Positions 40,831 to 50,446 of a stretch of 64,000 nt of DNA are shown in pieces. Source of the stretch: an uncultured Chloroflexia bacterium. Its GTDB lineage: Bacteria; Chloroflexota; Limnocylindria; Limnocylindrales; CSP1-4. The stretch covers positions 32,001 to 96,000 of the forward strand of contig CAWHDR010000005.1 of assembly GCA_963828165.1 (NCBI GenBank), written 5' to 3'. The first letter of the stretch is position 1; each line of letters begins with the position of its first letter. The notes beneath the pieces were generated by a model that was given only the letters and a program-made list of their open reading frames with translations, made no database searches and was not told the origin of the DNA. Both the position numbers and the translations under genes were made by a program.

Positions 40831-42375
40831 GTGACCCTGAGCCTCCGCAACACCCTCACCCGGACCGTGGAGCCGGTCGTGCCGCTGGAGACAGGGCGTG
40901 TCCGGATGTACACCTGCGGCCCGACCGTCTATCGCTACGCCCACGTCGGGAACCTGCGCTCGTACCTGCTCGCCGACGTCCTTCGGCGGGTCCTCGTGTA
41001 TCACGGGATCGAGGTGTTCCACGTCAAGAACATCACCGATGTCGGGCACCTCCGAGACGAGCGGTTCGATCGCGGCGAGGACCGCATGCTGGCGGCCGCC
41101 GGCCTCGAAGGCCGCTCGACGGCCGAGATCGCCGACGCCTACGAGGCAGCCTTCCACGCCGACGAGGCGTTCGTGAACATCCTGCCCGCGCATGTATTCC
41201 CCCGAGCGACCGAGCACATCCCCGAGATGGTGGCCCTCGCCGAGGCCCTCGAGGATGCAGGGCACGCGTACGAGTCACCCGACGGCAACGTGTACTACTC
41301 GGTGTCGTCATTTCCCGGGTATGGGCGGCTGTCGGGCAACACACTCGACGACTTGCGCGCCGGTCACCGCGGCGACGTTGAACCGGACAAGCGCGACCCG
41401 GCGGACTTCGCCTTGTGGAAACGTGCCGGCGAGGGACGTGCCCTGAAGTGGCCGACCGCGCGCTGGGGCGAGGGCTATCCAGGCTGGCACCTCGAGTGCT
41501 CCGCGATGGCGCGGCGCTACCTGGGCGACCGATTCGATCTGCACACGGGGGGCATCGACAACGTCTTCCCGCACCACGAGGACGAGATCGCGCAATCCGC
41601 GCCGCTCGTGGGCGGCCCGCCCGCCGCGGTCTGGGTCCACGGCGAGCACCTGCTGATGGCCGGGCGAAAGATGGCCAAGTCCGCCGGCAACTTCCAGCGC
41701 GTGACCGAGCTCGCGGAGCGGGGCCTCGATCCCCTGGCGTTCCGCTACCTCACGCTGACGTCGCGCTACGGGCGGAAGCTCAACTACTCGGACGAGTCGC
41801 TCGACGCGGCCGCAGCGGGGCTCGCGTCGCTCCGGGCGCGGCTCGCGGCGCTGGGCCCGCCTCCTGCCGACGGCCCGTGGTCAGCCCCTTCCGTCCTGGA
41901 GGCGGGCGCGGCGGGCGACCGCCCGGTGGGATCGGCGTCGGGAGTCGCCGGGTTCGGGGGCACAGCCCGGTACGTCGTCGCGGATCGCGCACATGCGCCC
42001 ACAGCTCCCCTGTCCCCTGCGGGCCGAGAGCTCCACGACCGGTTCGTCGCCGCGCTCGACGACGATCTCGACCTCCCGGGCGCGGTGGCATGCGTGCGGG
42101 AGATCCTCCGCGCCGATCTGCCAGCGGACGAACGGCGCTGGCTCGTCCTGGATGCTGACGCCGTCCTCGGACTGGACCTGCACCGCGTCTGGGAGCCCGT
42201 GGCGGACCGCGCAGGCGCTGCCGTGCCATCGGAGGTCAGCCACCTCGCAGCGGCGCGCGACGAGGCCCGGGCCGCGCGCGACTACGCGCGAGCAGACGAC
42301 CTCCGCCGAGAGCTCACGGAACGCGGCTGGGACGTCGTAGACGGGCCTGGCGGCTCAGAGTTGCGGCGCCGCTGA
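40831..42375 (+). CDS. cysS: Cysteine--tRNA ligase
   Basis: YTCGPTVY..AHVGN, NITD, DFALWK, GYPGWHLECS, H.GG.D..FPHHE.E, KMAKS, DY..AD.LR. Confidence 0.96.
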   Translation: MTLSLRNTLTRTVEPVVPLETGRVRMYTCGPTVYRYAHVGNLRSYLLADVLRRVLVYHGIEVFHVKNITDVGHLRDERFDRGEDRMLAAAGLEGRSTAEIADAYEAAFHADEAFVNILPAHVFPRATEHIPEMVALAEALEDAGHAYESPDGNVYYSVSSFPGYGRLSGNTLDDLRAGHRGDVEPDKRDPADFALWKRAGEGRALKWPTARWGEGYPGWHLECSAMARRYLGDRFDLHTGGIDNVFPHHEDEIAQSAPLVGGPPAAVWVHGEHLLMAGRKMAKSAGNFQRVTELAERGLDPLAFRYLTLTSRYGRKLNYSDESLDAAAAGLASLRARLAALGPPPADGPWSAPSVLEAGAAGDRPVGSASGVAGFGGTARYVVADRAHAPTAPLSPAGRELHDRFVAALDDDLDLPGAVACVREILRADLPADERRWLVLDADAVLGLDLHRVWEPVADRAGAAVPSEVSHLAAARDEARAARDYARADDLRRELTERGWDVVDGPGGSELRRR

Positions 42376-42387
42376 CGTCCGGCCCAG

Positions 42388-42904
42388 TCAGGCTCGATAG
42401 CGCCGGCGGCAGCGTGAGCCCGAACACCCTGGCGAGTGCATCCATGTCCCGCCGGTCGTGGTCGCGGGGCTCGTAGTGTGCGTGGAACGCGAGTTGCAGG
42501 TCGGGGGTCGCGCACCGGACCCGCCGTCCGGCGATCTCCCCATCGGCATCGAGGCTGCCCGCCGGATAGTGGAACACCTCACCGGCCAGCCCGGTCTGGA
42601 CGCCGGCCCCGGATGGCCCCCACTCGATCGGGTGAAGGTCGATCCGGCCGCCATCGCTCTCCACGACGACTCGGGCCGGCCGATCGTCGAGCGATAGGAC
42701 GTATCCCAGCGGCCGCACCGCCTCCATGGCCCGGTCGATGGCCTCTGCTGCCACACCCAGGTCGAGGTCGCCGTGCTGGCGGGTCTCCCGACGGAGCAGT
42801 GCATCGATACCCCACCCGCCCGTGATCCCGGCCCGGATGCCGGCGGTCTCGAGCGCGTCGAGGACCCGGAGGACCTCGGCGCCGCCCATCCCGGCGGTTC
42901 GCAC
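42388..42904 (-). CDS. Nucleotidyltransferase, LnuA/ANT(2'')-like; stop either 42388 (after indel) or 42314
   Basis: GGWGIDALL...TR.H.DLDL, IDLHP, QL.FH..Y...D..D. Confidence 0.78.
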
Positions 42905-42907
42905 CTC

Positions 42908-43312
42908 TCAGCCGCCTCCCGGCCACATCTGGACGTGCTGAAAGTCAGAGTTCCGCCACGCGATGGCGGCCTTTGCCAGCGCAGCCCAGGCTTCCGATTC
43001 CGTGGGCCCGCCGACCACCACCCGTGTCGAGTTCCGCCCGTACATGAACGACGCACGGATCGTGAACGGCTCGCCGGATCCGGGCTGCCCAGCCGGTCGG
43101 ACCGGATCGGCCGGGGACGCCGCCACCTCCGCCGCGGAATCCACCGACTCGACGACGATGGCGATGCCCAGCGTGCGCTGCAGTCGCTCGATCAGGTCGG
43201 GCCCCGTGGGCGGCTCCGGCTCGTCACTCGCGTCCTTTGGCCGCCCGAAGAAGAACAGGACCAGCGCGATGGATCCGATGACGATGAATGGCACCTGCCA
43301 TTCGAACTGCAT
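42908..43312 (-). CDS. Hypothetical protein with N-terminal TM
   Basis: Overlaps the upstream stop (TGATG); hydrophobic N-terminus. Confidence 0.7.
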   Translation of the reverse strand: MQFEWQVPFIVIGSIALVLFFFGRPKDASDEPEPPTGPDLIERLQRTLGIAIVVESVDSAAEVAASPADPVRPAGQPGSGEPFTIRASFMYGRNSTRVVVGGPTESEAWAALAKAAIAWRNSDFQHVQMWPGGG

Positions 43313-44307
43313 CAGGGCACGCCCTTGTCGGTCGACTGGTTCACGACCAGAAGATCCCGCCGCGAGCCAAAGCGGTCGATGATCCGGTAGAAGTTGCGCT
43401 TCGACTGTCGATCACGTTCTTCGTCGGAGAGGCTCGTCCAGCCGCGATGTTCGTGCCGCTCGAGCGGCAGCCCTTCGATGCGAACCGCGCGTCGTGGTTG
43501 CTCGTCGTCGTCGGCGCCATCGCGCAGCACGAGGCTCCACCAGATATCGAGGTTCCGATAGAACCGGAACCGCTCATCGAGCGGGCCGAAGGCGGCCGCA
43601 TCAGAGCGCCGGAACGCCTGGACGTAGCCCTCGATCGCATCGACATCGCCGGGCGGAGCGTCTTCGAAGGTGCGCAGGTCCGTCGAGGTGATCCCCCAGC
43701 CTCCGACGACGGCCACGGCCTCATCGTCGAGGGCGCGGACCAGGGGCGTCACGAAGTCGCCGGTCGGCGCGAGGCTGGTGTCGAGCAGAACGACCACCGG
43801 CGCCTCGACTCGGCGGATCCCGATATTCGTCGCCGCTGCGTGCCCCAACCGCTCCGAGGTCCACACGAGCTCGACGGGGAGATCGGCGCCTTCCCCTGTC
43901 GACTCGATCGACTCCAACGCCGCCGCCTGCTCCTCGGATGGCCCGTCGGCCACGATCACCACGGAGGTACCGGCGGGCGCATGCGCCCGCAGGCCCGCGA
44001 GCGCCCGATCGAGATCCGCCGGCCAGTCGGTGGCCACCAACACGACCGATGCGAGGCCGACGGCCTCATCCTCGAAACGAGCGGGAACGTTGCGCGATGC
44101 GCCATACCGAACTCGGGCGCCCTCGTCGACATCCGGCGGGGCGGTCGGCGAAAGCGCGAAATCGGTGCCGCGATCCACGATCGTCCAGCCGGCCGCCTCG
44201 ATCTCGCCGCGCAGCCGGTCGGCCAGGGCCCAATCGCGCGCCGCGCGGGCGCGCGCTCGATCGTGCGCCGCCGTGAGCACGGTTTCCGGGATGTGGACCC
44301 GTGTCAC
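43312..44307 (-). CDS. GT2-like glycosyltransferase fused to a CysRS C-terminal-like domain
   Basis: N-terminal R.RAR..RDW..AD.LR..IE..GW..VD; then VVIVADG, LGHAAATN.G, LLDTS, V..IEG, LDERF.FY. Confidence 0.8.
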   Translation of the reverse strand: MTRVHIPETVLTAAHDRARARAARDWALADRLRGEIEAAGWTIVDRGTDFALSPTAPPDVDEGARVRYGASRNVPARFEDEAVGLASVVLVATDWPADLDRALAGLRAHAPAGTSVVIVADGPSEEQAAALESIESTGEGADLPVELVWTSERLGHAAATNIGIRRVEAPVVVLLDTSLAPTGDFVTPLVRALDDEAVAVVGGWGITSTDLRTFEDAPPGDVDAIEGYVQAFRRSDAAAFGPLDERFRFYRNLDIWWSLVLRDGADDDEQPRRAVRIEGLPLERHEHRGWTSLSDEERDRQSKRNFYRIIDRFGSRRDLLVVNQSTDKGVP

Positions 44308-44314
44308 GGCAGGG

Positions 44315-45019
44315 TCAACTGCTCCGCCGCGCCAGCGTGAGGTAGTACAGCAGGGTCAGCACCGAGGTGATCGCCGCCGCGACGTACGTCAGCGCCGCCG
44401 CCGTCAGCATCGATTGCGCCCCGCGCTTCTCATCGGGCGAGGTGATGATCCCGGTCGAGTCGAGCATCGCCAGCGCCCGCCGGCTCGCGCCGATCTCGAC
44501 GGGCAGCGTCAGGATCGAGAACAGCACCGCGATCCCGAAGAACAGGATGCCGAGCGTCACCAGCCCGGCGATCTGGAGGATCAGGCCCGCGAAGATCAGG
44601 ATGTAGGCCACGTTGGGGCCAAGGCTGGCCGCCGGGACGAGCAGACCCCGGAGCTTCATCAGCGCGCTGCCCTCGGCATGCTGCTGGGCATGACCCACCT
44701 CGTGCGCCGCGATCGCCATGGCCGCCACGGTCGGCTGCTCGGCGACCGCTTGCGACAGCCCGAGCGAGCGGTCGCGTGGATCGAAATGGTCGGACAGGTT
44801 GCCGGGCACCATCTTGATGGCCGTGATCGCTTCCTGGCCGGGCCTGTCGCCGAACGTCGCACGCTCGCGCAGGAACTCGGCGATCTGCGCACCACTCAGG
44901 CGCGCGCCGTTGGGGACGCGGTTCCAGCGCCCGTACGTGGACCGGATGTAGAGCTGTGCTCCGCCGGCGATCAGCAAGGTCGCGACGATCAGGCCGATGT
45001 ACAGGGGATCGAAGAACAC
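44315..45019 (-). CDS. YugP-like membrane zinc metallopeptidase
   Basis: LSDHFDP, AAHEVGHA.QH, TLPVE..AS.RA, L.AAALTYVA. Confidence 0.9.
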   Translation of the reverse strand: MFFDPLYIGLIVATLLIAGGAQLYIRSTYGRWNRVPNGARLSGAQIAEFLRERATFGDRPGQEAITAIKMVPGNLSDHFDPRDRSLGLSQAVAEQPTVAAMAIAAHEVGHAQQHAEGSALMKLRGLLVPAASLGPNVAYILIFAGLILQIAGLVTLGILFFGIAVLFSILTLPVEIGASRRALAMLDSTGIITSPDEKRGAQSMLTAAALTYVAAAITSVLTLLYYLTLARRSS

Positions 45020-45125
45020 GAAGTCACTCCAGGCTAGGTTGGTCCCGAAATCCTACGACGGGCGGCCTTGCGGCGCCGTAGCCACGACCACCACATCGCC
45101 TTGACGACTTCGATAGGTTGCGTGC

Positions 45126-45575
45126 ATGGAGCACGCGATGCCCTCGATCGCCCGCCTCGCCCTTTCCGCCACGGTCCATTGCCTGACCGGCTGCGCCATC
45201 GGGGAAGTCCTCGGACTGGTCATCGCGACACAGCTGGGCTGGCACGATGCGGCGTCGATCGCGCTCGCCGTCGTCCTGGCGTTCGTGTTCGGCTACGCGC
45301 TCACGCTGCGGCCGCTGCTGCGCTCCGGGGTCGCGGTCCGCGCCGCGCTGAAACTGGCGTTCGCCGCGGACACGCTGTCCATCACGGTGATGGAGATCGT
45401 GGACAACGCGATCCTGCTGGTGATCCCGGGGGCCATGGACGCGGGCATCACCGACGCCCTGTTCTGGGGCAGCCTGGCGATCGCCCTGGCGGTGGCCGGC
45501 GTGGCCGCGTACCCGGTCAATCGCTGGCTCATCGCGCGCGGCCGCGGACACGCGGTCGTCCACGGCCACCACTGA
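45126..45575 (+). CDS. DUF4396 family membrane protein
   Basis: AT.HCLTGCAIGE, ADTLSITVMEIVDN, PVNRWLI.RG.GH. Confidence 0.85.
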   Translation: MEHAMPSIARLALSATVHCLTGCAIGEVLGLVIATQLGWHDAASIALAVVLAFVFGYALTLRPLLRSGVAVRAALKLAFAADTLSITVMEIVDNAILLVIPGAMDAGITDALFWGSLAIALAVAGVAAYPVNRWLIARGRGHAVVHGHH

Positions 45576-45591
45576 GCCGGATCGCCATGGC

Positions 45592-48500
45592 CTACACGCG
45601 GACGATGTGCAACCTGCCCCGGCGTTCGAAGCGGAATCCGGGCCGTCCGGCGAAGTACTCGTCGACGGCCGTCCGGCAGCCTGACCACGTGTCGTAGTCG
45701 TCGATCACGAAGCGACCACCGACCGACAGCAGCGGCGCGATCCGCGTCAGGCAGGTCATCGTCGAGGCGTACCAGTCACCGTCGAGGTGGGCCAACGCCA
45801 CGGGCTCATCGAGGGCGATCGTGTCTTCGAACAGGCCCTGGATGAGCTCGACGTTGTTGGCCGCGATCGGCAGGTCGTGTCGCGCGAACGAGTCGGTGAC
45901 CTCGGTCAGGAGCTCGTCGCGGTAGCCGTAGTACGTCTCACCGGCGATGCCCCTGGACCGACCCTCGACGATCGTGGCGTAGCGGCGATGGACGTCCTCG
46001 CCATCCCGCTCGCCCGGCGGCGGGATCATCCCGAACACGTCGTAGACCTTCATCGGGCGTGCGCTCGACTTCGCTGCCGCCATGGCGATGGCCGAACCGC
46101 CCCGTGCCGTGCCGGCCTCGATGACGAGGCCGTCGATCCCCTCGGCTTCGATCGTTTCGACGGTGGCGGCGAGCGTCCGCAGGCCGGGCGCCCCGAGGTA
46201 GCTGAGGTGCTCCTCCTGCACGGCGGCGATGACGCGCTCGACCTGCTCGGGCAACGGACCAGCGGCCGGACCGATCTCGATCGGGTTGTAGAGCGAACCG
46301 GCCGGTCCGGTCGCGCCGCCGTCCGCGGTCGGCGGGGAGCCCGCTCGGTCACGAACGCTGGCGGCGTATCCCTGCCACAGGTCGCGCCCGTAGGTCAGCT
46401 CGGGATCCCACGGCTTCCCGAACGTCGCCCAATGGATGAGGCTCGGGTCGGGCACGTCCTCGAGCACCGGCATCGCGTTCCAGCGTGGCTCGAGGACGGC
46501 GCGGTTCGGTCCCGCGTACGCCAGCATGATGTCCTGGTCGTGCAGCCCGTAGCGCTCCACCCACGGCAGGTAGGTGTCGGTGAAGTCGTCCCGGCGCATT
46601 CGATCCAGATCGAGGACCAGCACGCCGGCGTTCAGGGCCGCACCGCCGAAGCCATGGTCTCGGCCCATCCGTCGTCGGAACTCGGTCGCCGACTCCTCGG
46701 CGACGCGGCGGGGTGCCCGTTGCCACTCGCTCGCCTCGCTGACGTTGGAATCCCTCGCGGCGATCGGTCGACCGGCGAGGTTCGTGGACGCCAGCCGGCA
46801 GATGTCGTCGAGCACGAGCGTGTCGATGTCGACGTAGACCACGCGATCGATCTCGTCGAGCAGGTGCGGCAGGATCAGCCGGTCGAGCGTGGAGATCGTG
46901 ATCCGGGTCGGGAGGCGCTGGGGCCTCCCGGCGGAGTGGTACGCGATCTGGTCGCACGGCACGAACGTCATCGGGAGCGACGGGAACGCGCCGGCCAGCC
47001 ACACCTGGTACGCATCCGACAGGCCGCGACCGAGGACCCAGAGACGGAGCGGTCCAGAGGCATTCGCGACCATCGACTCGATCAGCACCGGCGCCTGGGA
47101 CGTCAGGTTCTGGTCAAAGCAGAGGACGACATCGGTGATGGCCTTCTCGTCGACCATGTCGTGCGGCCCGAACCGCCGGCTGCCGGCCTTGCTGGTTGCG
47201 ACCGCCGCAGCCACGTCGACGGTCGTCGGGGGATCGGTTACCGGAGACTCGAATCGGGCCTTCGCCTCGGCGACCTGGCCGCGAGTCAATTCGCGCCAGA
47301 GGTCGTACACCTCGCGCTCCCCGGCTCCCGCCAGCACCGTCTCGAAGGTCGTCGCGAGGAGGTCGCGGATGCCGTTCCGGAGCTCCACCAGGCGGGCGTC
47401 GCCCGGCTGCAGGCCGGTCAGGCCCGCGAATCGGATGTCGCCGGGACTGGGGTTCTCGAAGTCGACCGGAACGCCGAGTGCGGTGAGCGGGAGATACGCG
47501 TGCAGGCGCCCAGTGACCGCTCGATCGAGCTCCCGCTGATAGGCCGCGAGCACCGCGCTCGCGTTGCGGACACCGTCGGTCAGGGAGGTGTACCGATACT
47601 CGTCGGCCTGGTGGCTGTAGTGGCGGACCTTGCGGACATCGCGACCGGCGGCCTTGGTCGGACGATCGATGACCCCGACGACGCCGTTGCCACGGTATGC
47701 CGCTTCGCGCGGCGGGAACAACATGTCGAGTGTCGTGGTCAGGCAGCCGCTGAAGAACGCGTCGATGCCGGCGCTCAGCAGCAGGAACACCGTGCTCCAA
47801 TCGCGGCAGCCGACCGGTCCGTGCCGGCGCAGGTAGTCCTGGGCCTCGTCGGTCAGCATGTCCAGCCGATTGACGTGGAACGAGATGAACAGCGGGCGGA
47901 TGTTGGGGTGGTACGGGAAGTCGTACCGAAGGTCGAAGAGCGGGTGCATGTGCCAGCCGAAGGCGATCATCCAGGTTCCTTCAGGGACGTTGCCGCCGCT
48001 GCTGAACTCCCGATCGACCGGTACGAGGTGCACCGATCCCTTCGCGTCGGGTACGCGAAGATCGGGCTGGATCCGTTCCTGAAGCTCCGTCGCCAGCGCC
48101 CCGAGCCCGTCGTCGCCGGAGAACGTCACGTCGGTGTGCCGGGCGAGGTTGCCGAGAAGGGCCAGCGTCTGGATGTAGTCGCCGAGATTGCCCGATGTCA
48201 GCAGGTGATCCGGTGTCTGGTAGCCCATGACCGCGATCGGGATCGAGCCAGCCGGGACCTCCCGTGGTCGGAGGTCGAGCCACCCCTCGATCAGGGTCCA
48301 CGAGTATCGCCGCGGCTCGTCGAGATCCACCGATGGGCGCCGACGGAGCTCCGCCACCAGTTCGGCGGCACGTTCTCGCTCCCCGAAGACGAGGAAGCGA
48401 CCGGCGAGGTCGACCAGGATGTCCGCGGGCATGGTGTCGGTGGGAGCGCCGATGGTCAGTGCGCGCTGACGGGCCTCGGCGGACCCGTCGGCCAGGGCCC

Positions 48501-49092
48501 CATCGACCGCTTCGACCGGGATGAACGTCGCCAGCGCGGCGTCCTCGAGATCGCGGATCCTGGTCCAGGCCCGAACGAATTGCCGTCGACGATGCAGGAG
48601 CAGCGCATGCCCCATGGCCGAAGCGGCGGCGCCACCTGGCAGGCCGCCAGCGCCCTCGGCGATCGCCCAGGCGTCGCTGAACTCCTTGGCTTCGGCCAGG
48701 GTCGCCACGCTCCGGGTCACGGCACGCTCGAGCGGCTCGCCACGCGCGATCGCCTCGGCCAGGACGGCCTGGCCTCGTTGCCGGCCCGCCTGCTTGACGG
48801 CCTTGGGCGCGACGGCCGGGTCCAGGCGTGGCCGCTCGGTCAGGGCGCCCGGCCCGAACACCGCCTTGGCAAGTCGCGACCACTCGCCGACGTACCAGGA
48901 GTCCGGCCGCTTGGTCCCCGCCGCGAGACCAGAAGCGTGCGTCGTGGCCGTCCCGGAGGCCGGGCGGCCGGTCCGGCTGCGGACCACTGATGCGGCTCGC
49001 CGCCGCACCTTGCGGAGCGCGTCGCCCCTCGTCTCGGAGCGTCCGAGGTCCGCCAGCAATCGACGGACGGACGCTACTTGCCTGGCATTCAC
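45592..49092 (-). CDS. Multidomain fusion: pyruvyltransferase-like + GT8 + TylF/MycF O-methyltransferase
   Basis: NLGDYIQ/GCRD/RLH; YVDID/NAGVL/DQD/IHW..KPW; E.GT.RGGS/D.F.M.P/HLDGDWY.ST/IDDY. Confidence 0.8.
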   Translation of the reverse strand: MNARQVASVRRLLADLGRSETRGDALRKVRRRAASVVRSRTGRPASGTATTHASGLAAGTKRPDSWYVGEWSRLAKAVFGPGALTERPRLDPAVAPKAVKQAGRQRGQAVLAEAIARGEPLERAVTRSVATLAEAKEFSDAWAIAEGAGGLPGGAAASAMGHALLLHRRRQFVRAWTRIRDLEDAALATFIPVEAVDGALADGSAEARQRALTIGAPTDTMPADILVDLAGRFLVFGERERAAELVAELRRRPSVDLDEPRRYSWTLIEGWLDLRPREVPAGSIPIAVMGYQTPDHLLTSGNLGDYIQTLALLGNLARHTDVTFSGDDGLGALATELQERIQPDLRVPDAKGSVHLVPVDREFSSGGNVPEGTWMIAFGWHMHPLFDLRYDFPYHPNIRPLFISFHVNRLDMLTDEAQDYLRRHGPVGCRDWSTVFLLLSAGIDAFFSGCLTTTLDMLFPPREAAYRGNGVVGVIDRPTKAAGRDVRKVRHYSHQADEYRYTSLTDGVRNASAVLAAYQRELDRAVTGRLHAYLPLTALGVPVDFENPSPGDIRFAGLTGLQPGDARLVELRNGIRDLLATTFETVLAGAGEREVYDLWRELTRGQVAEAKARFESPVTDPPTTVDVAAAVATSKAGSRRFGPHDMVDEKAITDVVLCFDQNLTSQAPVLIESMVANASGPLRLWVLGRGLSDAYQVWLAGAFPSLPMTFVPCDQIAYHSAGRPQRLPTRITISTLDRLILPHLLDEIDRVVYVDIDTLVLDDICRLASTNLAGRPIAARDSNVSEASEWQRAPRRVAEESATEFRRRMGRDHGFGGAALNAGVLVLDLDRMRRDDFTDTYLPWVERYGLHDQDIMLAYAGPNRAVLEPRWNAMPVLEDVPDPSLIHWATFGKPWDPELTYGRDLWQGYAASVRDRAGSPPTADGGATGPAGSLYNPIEIGPAAGPLPEQVERVIAAVQEEHLSYLGAPGLRTLAATVETIEAEGIDGLVIEAGTARGGSAIAMAAAKSSARPMKVYDVFGMIPPPGERDGEDVHRRYATIVEGRSRGIAGETYYGYRDELLTEVTDSFARHDLPIAANNVELIQGLFEDTIALDEPVALAHLDGDWYASTMTCLTRIAPLLSVGGRFVIDDYDTWSGCRTAVDEYFAGRPGFRFERRGRLHIVRV

Positions 49093-49276
49093 CGCCTGGA
49101 TCCCCGTCGATTCGACTGACCTGCGAGACCGCTCACGACGCGTGATCCGACGGATGGTGCACGGGCTACCTCTGCTTCGTGGCGACGTTCGATGGGGCCG
49201 CGCAAGAGTGTAGTCGGCAGCCTCAGCCCGCGGGTGAGCGCGGGTACGCTGCCGCTGGCTGCGTCCTAGACCGCCG

Positions 49277-50446
49277 CTACAGGATGCGGCGCTCGCCGTC
49301 GGGCAGCCGCGCCCACCAGTGGCCGTAGCGGCGGTACACCCCGGGCTCGCGGTCAGCCAGGAACGCGCGCAGTGCGCGTGCCTCGGCGTCCAGGCCGGCC
49401 CACGCGTCCTCGGCGACGGGATGGAGCGCGGTCACCTCGATGCCGTCTTCCACCGGCCGCCATACGCCGGCCACGTACCCGTCGACGAGGACGGTCGGGA
49501 GAACGTCGCCGTTGGTCCGGATCACGTGGCGACGCAGGTCTTCCGGGATGATCCGGGCGCGGTCCGCGTACGCCAGCAGCGTGCTGTCCCACATCGCCAT
49601 CAGCCGCGGCGGCGCGGGCGTTCCCTCGCCGGGGAGCTCGCCGTCGGGCACGTCCAGGAGCACGACGCCATCCGGCCCATCGAGCGTGACGAGCGCGTCG
49701 CCCAGCGCCTGGACCGCCTCCCGCACGCGGCCACGGGTGATGAGCGCGAATTGCGCGACGTCGGCGACCGTGGCCGGCCCGAACCCCTCGAGATAGCGCA
49801 CGACCAGGTGCCGGAGGGACGCCGCGACGTCGCCCGGCCGGCGCAGATCGCGCGCCGCCAGGAACGCCGGCGCCTGCCCGAACGACCAAGGGCCCCCGGT
49901 GGGTGCCAGCACGAATGGCGCGTACCTGCGGAGGGCCCACCAGACGCCCGGCCGGGGCAGGACACCCAGCCGCTCATCCAGCCAGGCCTCGATATCCGCG
50001 TTGGAGCGCGGCTCCGACGCGTATGCCAGCAGCGGCGGCACGAGGGCGTCGGCATCCTCGACCGACAGCCCGGCGATGGTGAAACGGGTGTCGTCCAGCC
50101 GCGCCGCGCGGAGAAGCGGTTGCATCGCCTCGTGGAAAGCCGGGTAGTCCGCGGCGTCGACAGCGTGAAGTGTGGAGCGCATCTGGGTCGCCTTGACGAT
50201 CGCGTGGGTGGCGAACGCCCGGTCGAGCTCCGCGGGATCGAACGGGCTTAGCCGGTTCCAGAGCGCGATGTACGGAGACGGTGGCGCCTGCGCCTGGAGC
50301 GCGACCACGCGATGGACAGCCTCCACGATGCCGAGTCGCCGCCGGCGGAGGAGGAGCTGGCGCGCGAGCGTGGCCCGGTTCAGCGCGCGAGGAGTCAGCG
50401 GCGCGCGGGCATGCTGCGGCGTGTCCGCTGGTGAAGGCGTCGCCAT
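49277..50446 (-). CDS. HTH_42 AlkZ-like DNA glycosylase
   Basis: LNRATLARQ.LL.R, LQAQ, LW.R, R.TLH, YL..FGPAT, WD..L, DG.VAG.W. Confidence 0.85.
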   Translation of the reverse strand: MATPSPADTPQHARAPLTPRALNRATLARQLLLRRRRLGIVEAVHRVVALQAQAPPSPYIALWNRLSPFDPAELDRAFATHAIVKATQMRSTLHAVDAADYPAFHEAMQPLLRAARLDDTRFTIAGLSVEDADALVPPLLAYASEPRSNADIEAWLDERLGVLPRPGVWWALRRYAPFVLAPTGGPWSFGQAPAFLAARDLRRPGDVAASLRHLVVRYLEGFGPATVADVAQFALITRGRVREAVQALGDALVTLDGPDGVVLLDVPDGELPGEGTPAPPRLMAMWDSTLLAYADRARIIPEDLRRHVIRTNGDVLPTVLVDGYVAGVWRPVEDGIEVTALHPVAEDAWAGLDAEARALRAFLADREPGVYRRYGHWWARLPDGERRIL

